This document shows positions 30,802 through 39,560 of a stretch of DNA of 50,454 bases, piece after piece. The DNA is taken from positions 1 to 50,454 of the forward strand of contig JANOTI010000018.1 in the NCBI GenBank assembly GCA_031416255.1, read 5' to 3'. The first letter of the stretch is position 1. The number at the start of each line of letters is the position of its first letter. The notes under the pieces are model-generated. The model searched no databases. It saw only the letters and a list, made by a program, of their open reading frames with translations, and was not told the DNA's origin. Both the position numbers and the translations under genes were made by a program. Source of the stretch: Sphingomonadales bacterium (GTDB taxonomy: Bacteria; Pseudomonadota; Alphaproteobacteria; Sphingomonadales; Sphingomonadaceae).

Positions 30802-32048
30802 CGCGGTTTTTGAACCCCATCGCCGATTGGGGCGTCAACGTTGCGATTGCTATGACCGCACTGCGCACCAATTTGATGCGGTCGATTTTGACGACGCTTG
30901 GCGTAATGATTGGTGTTTTTTCTGTGATCCTTGCGGTGGCGGTTGGAAATGGTGCGCAGGTATCGGTGACGCAACAAATCGCTACGCTTGGTTCAAACAT
31001 GGCGATTGTTGTTCCCGAACCCGACAACGGCGACGGCCCACCCCGCCCACGTGAGCGAGGAAGATTGACCGAGCGCGATGCCAAAGCGATTGAACGGCAA
31101 GTTCCTGGCGTCAACGCCGTCGCACCACAAATCCGCAACAGCGTGCAAGTGGCAACAGCGGGACGAAATGTAACAACCTTGGCCGTTGGGGCAACGCCTG
31201 CTTATGGCATAGTTTCCAACATCACCGCATCTGATGGCCGGTTTTTGACCGATAGCGATGTCGGCTCTGCGGCCCGGGTCGCTGTCATTGGCGAAACTGT
31301 TGCACGCAGAATTTTCCAAGACGCAAATCCTGTGGGACAGACGATCCGGATCAATCGCGTGCCGTTTGCTGTCATTGGAATATTGGAGAGCAAAGGCAGC
31401 AATCTGGGCAGTGACAACGATGACCAAATTATTGTTCCAATCTCGACATTGCGCCAGCGGCTTTCAACCAGCGCCGCACAGGGGCCCGACGATATCCAGC
31501 TGATGTTTGTAGGCTTTGATGACGAAGAGGCTTTGATTGCTGGACAAAAGGAAATCAAAACCCTGTTACGAGCGCGTTACCGCGTTGCAAAAGGCAGCGT
31601 AAATCCGTTCACAGTCCGGACCACAACCGAGATTGCCGAGGCGACAGGTCAAGTCACGCAGATTTTTCAGGCGGTTCTGGTCGCCATTGCGTCAATCTCG
31701 TTATTGGTCGGAGGCATCGGAATCATGAACATCATGCTCGTCAGCGTGACCGAGCGCACCCGCGAAATCGGGCTGCGTATGGCTTTGGGGGCCAAAAGGC
31801 GCGATATCCGCAACCAGTTCCTAGTTGAGGCTGCTGTTTTGTGCGTCATCGGCGGCGCAATGGGCCTGGCTCTTGCGGTACTAGCGGCCATAACCTTTCA
31901 GCGCATAGCGAATTTCCCTGCGCCGATTGGATGGGACACAGCGGCGATGTCTGTTGCTTTCTCCGCAGTCATTGGCTTGGTCTTTGGCGGCTATCCAGCG
32001 ATCAGAGCCTCGCGGTTATCGCCGATAGAGGCGCTGCGTAGCGAGTGA
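30798..32048 (+). CDS. ABC transporter permease (MacB type)
   Basis: RSILTTLGVMIG, VGGIGIMNIMLVSVTERTREIG, PIEALR. Confidence 0.95.
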   Translation: MTRFLNPIADWGVNVAIAMTALRTNLMRSILTTLGVMIGVFSVILAVAVGNGAQVSVTQQIATLGSNMAIVVPEPDNGDGPPRPRERGRLTERDAKAIERQVPGVNAVAPQIRNSVQVATAGRNVTTLAVGATPAYGIVSNITASDGRFLTDSDVGSAARVAVIGETVARRIFQDANPVGQTIRINRVPFAVIGILESKGSNLGSDNDDQIIVPISTLRQRLSTSAAQGPDDIQLMFVGFDDEEALIAGQKEIKTLLRARYRVAKGSVNPFTVRTTTEIAEATGQVTQIFQAVLVAIASISLLVGGIGIMNIMLVSVTERTREIGLRMALGAKRRDIRNQFLVEAAVLCVIGGAMGLALAVLAAITFQRIANFPAPIGWDTAAMSVAFSAVIGLVFGGYPAIRASRLSPIEALRSE

Positions 32049-32077
32049 TTTTGAGATGGTGATTCACTATCGACTAT

Positions 32078-32163
32078 ACCGTTAGTGCTGAGCTTGTCGA
32101 AGCACGCCCCAAGGCATAGCGCCACCCTGATGGACGCCCTTCGACAGGCTCAGGGCTAACGGT
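32078..32163. repeat. Palindromic intergenic repeat, type A copy 2 (inverted relative to copy 1)
   Basis: ACCGTTAGTGCTGAGCTTGTCGAAG ... CTTCGACAGGCTCAGGGCTAACGGT; spacer homologous to the reverse complement of copy 1. Confidence 0.9.
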
Positions 32164-32183
32164 TTTATTAAAAACTTTGACCT

Positions 32184-33152
32184 TTAACCAGCAATCCGCG
32201 CCCGTACTGCCTCAGCCTGCGCCATAATGTTTCGCACCAATTCGGCGCAGGTCGGGATGTCGTGGATCAACGCTTGGCTCTGCCCGCTGGTCCAGATGCC
32301 ACCATCGGTATCGCCATCGCGCAGCACATTGTCACGGCCGCGCTTGCCCGCCATCAACTCGCGGACTTCTTCGAATGTTTTTGTTGGGTCGCGTTGAATC
32401 GCGGCCACTTCTTCAGAGACTGCGTTGCGCGCGACGCGGGCAGTATTGCGCAAGCTGCGACCAACCAGCACAGTATCCAGCTCATCGCTATCGACAATCT
32501 TCTGCTTCACATTCTGGTGAATTTTGGCCTCAACGGTCGCACAAAAACGCGTCCCCATGTTGACCCCGGAAGCCCCCAGAGCGAGCGCCGCGACAAGGCT
32601 ACGCCCATCCGCCATCCCGCCGCTGGCGATGATCGGAACACCAGGCAAGGCATCGACGGTCGCAGGCAACAGCACGACCAAGCCGACATCGTCTTCGCCC
32701 GGATGCCCTGCACATTCAAAGCCATCAATGCTGATAATATCGACACCCTTTTTGACCGCCGACACCGAATGGCGGACGCTGGTGCATTTGTGGATAACGG
32801 TAACGCCATTGTCCTTAAAACGCGGCAGATGATCTGTCGGTGCGCGGCCTGCGGTTTCAACTATCTTGATTCCCGATGCGATAATCGCTTCGCGGTAGTC
32901 GTCATAGGGGATCGGGTTGATCGACGGCAGCAATGTCAGGTTCACGCCAAAGGGCTTGTCGGTTAGTCCGCGTGTCTTTTCAATCTCGTCAAACAGCGCT
33001 TGGCCGCTATCAAACATGTGTGCGGTAATAAAACCCAGCGCGCCCGCATTGGCGACCGCCGCGACCAATTCGCCATAGCCGACGCCGGTCATTCCGCCCA
33101 TCAGGATCGGGGTTTCAACACCGAACATTTCGGTGATGCTAGTTTTGAACAT
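32184..33152 (-). CDS. Nitronate monooxygenase / FabK-like flavin oxidoreductase
   Basis: AVANAGALG, DGFECAGHPG, IASGGMADG, VNMGTRF. Confidence 0.9.
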   Translation of the reverse strand: MFKTSITEMFGVETPILMGGMTGVGYGELVAAVANAGALGFITAHMFDSGQALFDEIEKTRGLTDKPFGVNLTLLPSINPIPYDDYREAIIASGIKIVETAGRAPTDHLPRFKDNGVTVIHKCTSVRHSVSAVKKGVDIISIDGFECAGHPGEDDVGLVVLLPATVDALPGVPIIASGGMADGRSLVAALALGASGVNMGTRFCATVEAKIHQNVKQKIVDSDELDTVLVGRSLRNTARVARNAVSEEVAAIQRDPTKTFEEVRELMAGKRGRDNVLRDGDTDGGIWTSGQSQALIHDIPTCAELVRNIMAQAEAVRARIAG

Positions 33153-33179
33153 ATTTCTCTCCTGATCGTAATCGCGGCA

Positions 33180-34415
33180 TCACCGCCCCGTTGGCAAATC
33201 CTTGAAAGGCAAATCCTTGTCAACGCGGATATCGCCGGGCATTCCCAATACCCTCTCGGCGATAATGTTGCGCAAGATTTCGTCTGTGCCGCCGGCGATC
33301 CGCATTCCGGGCGCACCCATCACCATATCCTGAAACGCACCGCCGGCTGCAGCGTATTTCGGATCGGTGATGATCCCGAACTGGTCTTGCAATTCCAGCA
33401 TCTCGTTCGCCATATCCTGCGCGCTGGCTGCTTGAATCAGCTTTGATACCGATGCCTCTGGCCCCGGTGTTTGGCCGCGCGATAATGCCGTCAACGAACG
33501 CAATCCGGTAAAGCGAAGCCCCTCGCCGCGCACATACCAATCGGCCAGTTTTTCGCGAAATGCGCGATCCGTAGACAAAGGCGCGCCGTCCTCATCGGTC
33601 ATTTTTTGCGCCAGTTTCAGCGCACTTAGTGCCCCACCACCCGGTGCTCCGCGCCCGCCGCCAACCGAGGCACGTTCGTTCATCAGTGTGACGATGGAGA
33701 CTTTCCAGCCATCGTTCAATGCGCCCAGCCGCTGGCTGTCCTTCACGCGGACATCGGTGAGGAACACCTCGTTAAAACCGCGTGCGCCGGACATTTGATG
33801 GATCGATTTGCACTGGATACCCGCCGACTTCATGTCGATCCAGAACATCGTCAGCCCTTTATGCTTCACCGCATCGGGATCGGTGCGGACAAGCAGTATG
33901 CCGTAATCGGAATAATGCGCGCCGCTGGTCCAGATTTTCTGGCCGTTGATGACCCATTCGTCGCCATCTTTGATCGCCTTTGTGCGGATCGCGGCAACAT
34001 CGGAGCCGCCAGCGGGTTCGGAGAACAGCTGACACCACAGGTCTTCACCGCGCACGGCGGGGCCGATGAAGCGAGCTTTGGTTTCCTCATCCGCAGTTGC
34101 CATCACCGTCGGGATGCACATACCAAGGCCAATCGCGAACGGCCCGCCGAGATTAACGCCAAGCCGCGATTCTTCTTGCCCAAAAATCACGCTTTCAATT
34201 GTGGAGCCGCCACCGCCGCCCCATTCTTTGGGCCAGCGAATTTGTGCGTAGCCAGAGGCGGCTTTCTTCGCCTGCCATGCTTTGCACGCGATCAACAGCT
34301 CGGGATCTTCATCGCCGAGCGAGACGCCTTTGATGCCGCGCGGTGCGTTTTCCTCAAGCCATGCGCGCACTTTGACGCGGTATTCGGCTTCTGATGGGGT
34401 GTCGTTGAAGTCCAT
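33180..34415 (-). CDS. Acyl-CoA dehydrogenase (catalytic-type subunit)
   Basis: WCQLFSEP..GSD, NGQKIWTS, TLMNER, IAGGTDEILRN. Confidence 0.93.
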   Translation of the reverse strand: MDFNDTPSEAEYRVKVRAWLEENAPRGIKGVSLGDEDPELLIACKAWQAKKAASGYAQIRWPKEWGGGGGSTIESVIFGQEESRLGVNLGGPFAIGLGMCIPTVMATADEETKARFIGPAVRGEDLWCQLFSEPAGGSDVAAIRTKAIKDGDEWVINGQKIWTSGAHYSDYGILLVRTDPDAVKHKGLTMFWIDMKSAGIQCKSIHQMSGARGFNEVFLTDVRVKDSQRLGALNDGWKVSIVTLMNERASVGGGRGAPGGGALSALKLAQKMTDEDGAPLSTDRAFREKLADWYVRGEGLRFTGLRSLTALSRGQTPGPEASVSKLIQAASAQDMANEMLELQDQFGIITDPKYAAAGGAFQDMVMGAPGMRIAGGTDEILRNIIAERVLGMPGDIRVDKDLPFKDLPTGR

Positions 34416-34427
34416 GGACTTGTCTCC

Positions 34428-35543
34428 TTAGGCAGCGTTGCTGCGTTCCAACATTGTAACCAAACGGTGTTTCCAGCTGCGCGGGCTGCCTGCAACGACG
34501 GAAAGCTGGCGGCTGCGGCGGTAATGCAGGTGGCAATCGACCTCCCACGTATAGCCCATGCCGCCATGCACCTGGACGTTTTCTTTCGAACCAAACCAAT
34601 AAGCATCCGATGCCGAAATCCGCGCGCCAGCCGCCGCAATCGGCAATTCGGGCGCATCGCTGTTCAGCGCCCATGCGCCGTAATAGGCATTGCCGCGTGC
34701 CAATACATTCTTGGCATACATGTCCGCCAGCCGATGCTTTATCGCCTGATAGCCGCCGATTTGGCGACCAAAGGCAAAGCGTTCGAGCGCATAAGCGCGC
34801 GCCATTTCAAGGCACATGTCGGAACCGCCGAGCTGTTCGAATGCTATTAGCACAGCGGCGCGGTCGTTGATCGCTTCGTAGAGCGCCAAGCCATCGCCGA
34901 TTGCGCCGAGGCGCGAGGCGGGGGCGTCTTTGAACGCGATACGCGCCGCGTCACGAGATCGGTCGAGCGTTTCCATCGTTTCGCGAGACACGCCTTCGCC
35001 GTTAAGGTCGACAAGGAACAAAGTTGGCTTTCCGCCTTCATTGGCCAGTACAATCGCGTGGTCGGCTATGCTGCCATCGGTGACTGGGATTTTAACACCG
35101 GTCAGTTTACCACCCGATACTTCAGCCGACAATTTCGATGCCGAAACAGGGCCCGTGCCTTCCGAGCTGGCGATCGTTCCGATCAATTCACCCGAAACGA
35201 TCTTCGGCAAATATTCGGCCTTTTGCACAGCATCCCCTGCCCGCAACAAAGCCTCGGCAAAGAAATAGACCGTTGATGCAAACGGGATAGGTGCAACGGC
35301 GCGGCCCAGCTCCTCGGCAATGCAGCACAGTTCCAGATAGCCAAGGCCGAGGCCGCCATGTTCTTCAGGTATCGCAGCACCCAGCCAGCCCTGTTCGGCG
35401 ACTTGCGCCCATAATGTCCGGTCCACGCCAGGGCTGTCGTCTTCCATCAGCTTGCGTACAGTGTCGGGCGGACACTTCGCAGCGAGGAATTTCCGCGCCT
35501 CGTCCTTCAGCGCCAGTTGGTCGTCGGAAAAATCAAAATTCAC
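34428..35543 (-). CDS. Acyl-CoA dehydrogenase (partner subunit)
   Basis: GTG start after GAGGAG; R.AFGRQIGGYQAIKH, QVHGGMGYTWE. Confidence 0.92.
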   Translation of the reverse strand: MNFDFSDDQLALKDEARKFLAAKCPPDTVRKLMEDDSPGVDRTLWAQVAEQGWLGAAIPEEHGGLGLGYLELCCIAEELGRAVAPIPFASTVYFFAEALLRAGDAVQKAEYLPKIVSGELIGTIASSEGTGPVSASKLSAEVSGGKLTGVKIPVTDGSIADHAIVLANEGGKPTLFLVDLNGEGVSRETMETLDRSRDAARIAFKDAPASRLGAIGDGLALYEAINDRAAVLIAFEQLGGSDMCLEMARAYALERFAFGRQIGGYQAIKHRLADMYAKNVLARGNAYYGAWALNSDAPELPIAAAGARISASDAYWFGSKENVQVHGGMGYTWEVDCHLHYRRSRQLSVVAGSPRSWKHRLVTMLERSNAA

Positions 35544-35614
35544 GCGCGCACTCTCCTCAGCAACTGTTTGTATGTGCACCTTCATACGCCATTCACGCTA
35601 TCGGGCAACGCAAA

Positions 35615-35632
35615 TTTAATCGTGTGATTAAA
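35615..35632. promoter_or_regulatory. Inverted repeat TTTAATC-N4-GATTAAA upstream of the acyl-CoA dehydrogenase operon
   Basis: Perfect 7-4-7 palindrome in an AT-rich intergenic region. Confidence 0.45.
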
Positions 35633-35682
35633 GTTTATTGTTACTAGCCAACTTCTTCCCCATACTTTTTTTGGATTTTTCT

Positions 35683-35720
35683 CTGTCCTACAAATAACCA
35701 CATTGGTTATTATGATTCGT
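35683..35720 (+). promoter_or_regulatory. Putative GH108-holin promoter/operator
   Basis: CTGTCCTACAAA 35683-35694; AATAACCA-CAT-TGGTTATT 35693-35711; -10-like TATGAT 35711-35716; ATGATTCGT 35712-35720. Confidence 0.7.
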
Positions 35721-35751
35721 ATGAAAGCCAAAGGGCGCGAAGGGACAGTTT

Positions 35752-36300
35752 ATGGACAAGGCAAATATCAACGACCTGATTGAAGAACTGATCGAACGCG
35801 AAGGCGGCTATGTGAACCATGCTGCAGATCGCGGCGGCCCGACCAACTGGGGTATCACCGAAGCAGTTGCGCGGCGTCAGGGCTATGTCGGCGCTATGCA
35901 CGCAATGCCAAAAAGCGATGCCGCGGCGATTTACAAACGGCTGTATTGGTTATCCCCGCGCTTTGATGCGGTTGCGGAACGCGCGCCAAGGCTTGCCGCA
36001 GAAATGTTTGATACCGGCGTCAACATGGGGACCGGCACAGCAGTAGGCTTTCTGCAACGCGCGCTGAATGCTCTCAACCGCAACGGCTCTGATTACACCG
36101 ACATTTCGGTCGATCGCGCCATCGGTTCTGCCACAATCGCCGCGCTCGACGCGTTTCTAAATAAGCGCGGCTCTGGCGCAGAGGCCGTTCTGTTGAAAGC
36201 CGCCGAAGCACTGCAAGGCGCACATTATTTGAAAATCGCTGAAGCGCGCCCTTCACAAGAAGCCTTTGTCTATGGCTGGCTCGCCAACCGGATTGGCTAA
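35752..36300 (+). CDS. Glycoside hydrolase family 108 muramidase with C-terminal peptidoglycan-binding domain
   Basis: EGGYVNH..DRGG.TNWGIT catalytic motif, FDTGVNMG, F.YGWLANR. Confidence 0.93.
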   Translation: MDKANINDLIEELIEREGGYVNHAADRGGPTNWGITEAVARRQGYVGAMHAMPKSDAAAIYKRLYWLSPRFDAVAERAPRLAAEMFDTGVNMGTGTAVGFLQRALNALNRNGSDYTDISVDRAIGSATIAALDAFLNKRGSGAEAVLLKAAEALQGAHYLKIAEARPSQEAFVYGWLANRIG

Positions 36301-36359
36301 TTCAGCACCATTTAAGGTGAGGCTTTAGTGGGACCTTCCAAATATTACGGAGAAAAAAC

Positions 36360-36773
36360 ATGCCCTTAATCGAAACTCTGATCGGCCCACTTGCGGCCCT
36401 AATCGACAAGCTTATCCCCGATCCTAAAGCCCGCGATGCGGCCAAGCTGGAGCTTATCAAGCTGCAAGGCGGCCAAGACCTAGAGACCCTGCAAACGCAA
36501 CTGTCCGCGATCCTTGCCGAGGCACAGGCACCAGATCCATGGACCAGCCGCGCACGGCCTTCATTCCTTTATGTGATGTATATTATCATTCTTTGGTCGT
36601 TGCCGATGGGCCTGATAGCCGCGTTCCGCCCACAAGCTGCTACCGATATTGCAACGGGAATGAATGCCTATCTGTCTGGCCTGCCAGAGCCGCTTTATGC
36701 ATTATTCGGTACCGGATATCTTGGCTATACAGCGGCACGGCAGTGGGGAAAGGTTAAGGGCGTGGAGAGATAA
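36360..36773 (+). CDS. 3TM holin (GTA-release holin family-like)
   Basis: IDKLIPDP, EAQAPDPWTSRARP, hydrophobic helices, YLGY..R..GK..G tail; directly after the lysin. Confidence 0.85.
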   Translation: MPLIETLIGPLAALIDKLIPDPKARDAAKLELIKLQGGQDLETLQTQLSAILAEAQAPDPWTSRARPSFLYVMYIIILWSLPMGLIAAFRPQAATDIATGMNAYLSGLPEPLYALFGTGYLGYTAARQWGKVKGVER

Positions 36774-36804
36774 AGCTCCAATCCCCAACGCTGCATCAAA
36801 AAAG

Positions 36805-37326
36805 CTACTGGCCATTCCCGGAAAACGACCAATTCTGGATCGCATCCCATGGCCCTTCGCGATAGTAATACGCAGAAAGACCAGTGATGGTAAACGAACG
36901 AGGACGGAAGTCTGCTGATAGCTTCGCGTATAGAGCCTTCGCCACCACAGACTCAACTTTGTTCTGAACGGTGATGTGCAGACGAGGCCGCGCCTGATCC
37001 TGCGGGGTCAGCAATCCCGTTAGTCCCTCCGCCAGCGCATCGCGCATCATCAGCAAATCGGGGCATTCCACGCGGTATGCTACGCCGCGTGCCAGCAACA
37101 TCACGTCGCTTAGCATCGCCGTCGGTGGCGCAAACTCACGCGCAATTGCCGCCAGCCGCTTCTTTATCTCTGGCAAATGCAGCGGCGGCAAATGCTGGAA
37201 CAAAGTGATATGCGCCTTCACCACATTGCGCTCCGCCGGGTAATGCGCGGCACGCAGGCTATCCGCCCAGATCTGGTCGGCCTTTCCCATCGTTGCAGTG
37301 ATGATGATCGGTGCGTTCTTGCTCAT
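36805..37326 (-). CDS. 2H phosphoesterase (2'-5' RNA ligase family) protein
   Basis: Two HxT motifs: AHITL and LHITV. Confidence 0.85.
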   Translation of the reverse strand: MSKNAPIIITATMGKADQIWADSLRAAHYPAERNVVKAHITLFQHLPPLHLPEIKKRLAAIAREFAPPTAMLSDVMLLARGVAYRVECPDLLMMRDALAEGLTGLLTPQDQARPRLHITVQNKVESVVAKALYAKLSADFRPRSFTITGLSAYYYREGPWDAIQNWSFSGNGQ

Positions 37327-37425
37327 CCAGTTGGTTTAGCGGACGCGTAACATCCCCTCAACCCAGCCAAAGCCCCTTGCAAGCCTGACTTTGCCTGATA
37401 GCATCACGAAGAATTTAGGGAGATA

Positions 37426-39378
37426 ATGATGCGCTATTTGTTGCCCGTGTTGCTCGCAACCACCAGCCCGGCGATTGCCAACACACAGCCGAACCTTGAC
37501 GCCAAGCCAGCGAGCGCCGCAACAATAGACGCGCAAAAGGCCAACGCGGCATCTCTCCCCGCCGAGGATGGCCGCGACGCTGCCTTTGCCGACCAAGGCT
37601 TTATCACCACCCGCGCCGACCCGATCATCAAAACCAGCAACGGCAAACCCGTTTGGAATTTGGAAGCCTATGGCTGGATGGACGGAGAAGCGCCTGCCAC
37701 TGTAAACTCCAGCCTTTGGCGGCACATGAAGCTGTTGCGCAAACACGGGCTGTACAAAGTGTCCGACGGCGTTTGGCAAGTCCGCGGCTTTGATGTGTCG
37801 AACATGACCGTTGTTCAGGGCCAGGCCGGCTGGATCTTGATCGACCCGTTGACCACCAAAGAGGCTGCCGCCGCTGCGTTGGAATTGGTCAATCAGCAAC
37901 TGGGTGCGCGGCCTGTAACCGGCGTCATCTATAGCCACAGCCATGCTGACCATTATGGCGGCGTGCGCGGAGTAATTGAAGACGCAGACGCCCGATCGGG
38001 TAAAGTCGCAGTGGTTGCGCCCGAACATTTCATTGAAGAAGCATCGTCCGAAAACGTCCTGGCTGGCCCTGCAATGAGCAGGCGAGCAAACTATCAGTTC
38101 GGCGTATCACTAAAACCCGGCCCCCAAGGGCAGATGGGCAGCGGGATCGGCAAAGGCATTTCCGGCGGAGCGATCACATTAATCACGCCGAATGACTATA
38201 TTCTGAAAACCGGCGATACGCGGATAATCGATGGCGTCACGCTAGAGTTTCAAATGGTACCGGAAACTGAGGCACCGTCAGAAATGAATGTTTATCTGCC
38301 TGCCGCCCGGACGTTCCTTGCCGCCGAAATCGCGACCTGTTCGTTGCACAATATCCTGACGCCGCGCGGTGCAAAGGTTCGGGACGCATTGGCGTGGTCG
38401 GAGTTTCTGGGTCAAGCGATTACCCTTTACGCAAGTCGCAGCGATGCGATTGTTTCGAGCCACTGCTGGCCGCGTTTCGGCAACGCCGAGGTTAAAGGCT
38501 GGCTAACGGGGCATCGCGACAACTATCGCTATCTGCACGACCAGACGCTCCGGATGATGAATCAGGGTATGACGCCAGTCGAAATCGCCGAGGTTATCAA
38601 AGCGCCACCCGCGATCGCCGATCAATGGTATAACAAAGGATATTACGGCACGTACAGCCACAATTCCAAGGCTGTGTATCAACGCTATCTGGGCTGGTAT
38701 GATGCGGTCCCGGCAAATCTGAATCCGCATCCCCCTGTGGAGCGGGCGAAGCGATTTGTTGCGGATATGGGCGGTGCAAACAAGGTTTTGGCAGCGGCGA
38801 AAAAAGCGATGAAGGCTGGCGATTATCGTTGGTCATCCGATCTGCTCAATCAGCTTGTCTTTGCAGACCCAAAGAACGCAAATGGTCGCGCGCTGCTTGC
38901 CGACAGCTACGAACAGCAGGGCTATCAGGCGGAATCCGCTATCTGGCGCAACCAATTTCTTTTGGCTGCCGAAGACTTGCGCAAAGGCGCACAGCCCGGT
39001 CCGACGGCTCAAAGCCCCGATATGATAGCAGCGATTCCAACAGGTCTGCTGCTCAATTCGGTCGCAACCCGCCTGAACCCGGTGGCGATTGGCGACAAAG
39101 CCTTGGCGATCAACTTTGCGATCACTGATCGTAAGGAAAGCGCCAAGATCAGCGTTGGCAACGCGGTGATGATTAGCGAGATGGACGCCGCGCATATCAA
39201 CCCAGCGGCGACCATTACTGGCCCGCGTCAGCTATTCCTCGCGATGCTGTTTCTGAAAATGCCGTTGGCGCAGTTGGAGGCAGCGGGATTGAAGATTGAG
39301 GGGGACAAGGCAGCGATAGAGGCGTTGCAGGCGGCGCTCGATGCCATGCCAGCACCATTCAACATCGCTGAACCTTGA
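37426..39378 (+). CDS. Alkyl/aryl sulfatase (SdsA1-type metallo-beta-lactamase fold)
   Basis: HSHADH, QVRGFD.SN, RGAKVRD, GYYGTYSHN, C-terminal SCP2-like region; signal peptide. Confidence 0.93.
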   Translation: MMRYLLPVLLATTSPAIANTQPNLDAKPASAATIDAQKANAASLPAEDGRDAAFADQGFITTRADPIIKTSNGKPVWNLEAYGWMDGEAPATVNSSLWRHMKLLRKHGLYKVSDGVWQVRGFDVSNMTVVQGQAGWILIDPLTTKEAAAAALELVNQQLGARPVTGVIYSHSHADHYGGVRGVIEDADARSGKVAVVAPEHFIEEASSENVLAGPAMSRRANYQFGVSLKPGPQGQMGSGIGKGISGGAITLITPNDYILKTGDTRIIDGVTLEFQMVPETEAPSEMNVYLPAARTFLAAEIATCSLHNILTPRGAKVRDALAWSEFLGQAITLYASRSDAIVSSHCWPRFGNAEVKGWLTGHRDNYRYLHDQTLRMMNQGMTPVEIAEVIKAPPAIADQWYNKGYYGTYSHNSKAVYQRYLGWYDAVPANLNPHPPVERAKRFVADMGGANKVLAAAKKAMKAGDYRWSSDLLNQLVFADPKNANGRALLADSYEQQGYQAESAIWRNQFLLAAEDLRKGAQPGPTAQSPDMIAAIPTGLLLNSVATRLNPVAIGDKALAINFAITDRKESAKISVGNAVMISEMDAAHINPAATITGPRQLFLAMLFLKMPLAQLEAAGLKIEGDKAAIEALQAALDAMPAPFNIAEP

Positions 39379-39409
39379 ATACTGCAATTACAACGAGCCA
39401 CCCCTAAAC

Positions 39410-39530
39410 CCGTTTGTGCTGAGTAGCTGCAGAGGCTGCAAGCCGAAGTAGCGTATCGAACTACCCGATGCGCACTCAACCCCTTCGATATGGCACTTCG
39501 CTTCGCTCTGCACCTACTCAGGGCAAACGG
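39410..39530. repeat. Palindromic intergenic repeat, type B copy 2
   Basis: CCGTTTGTGCTGAGTAGCTGCAGAG ... CTCTGCACCTACTCAGGGCAAACGG between convergent genes. Confidence 0.88.
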
Positions 39531-39560
39531 TGGGGTGAGGATTGATCGATTTGGTCAAAC

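Noticed and set aside
28605-36773. Prophage or island integrated at tRNA-Pro and including the lysis genes
   Set aside because: No integrase, no duplicated tRNA 3' end noticed, and the intervening genes are metabolic or transport genes
36805-37326. 2H phosphoesterase as an anti-defence or lysis-module component
   Set aside because: Convergent to the holin, no shared promoter motif seen, and the family is common in housekeeping contexts
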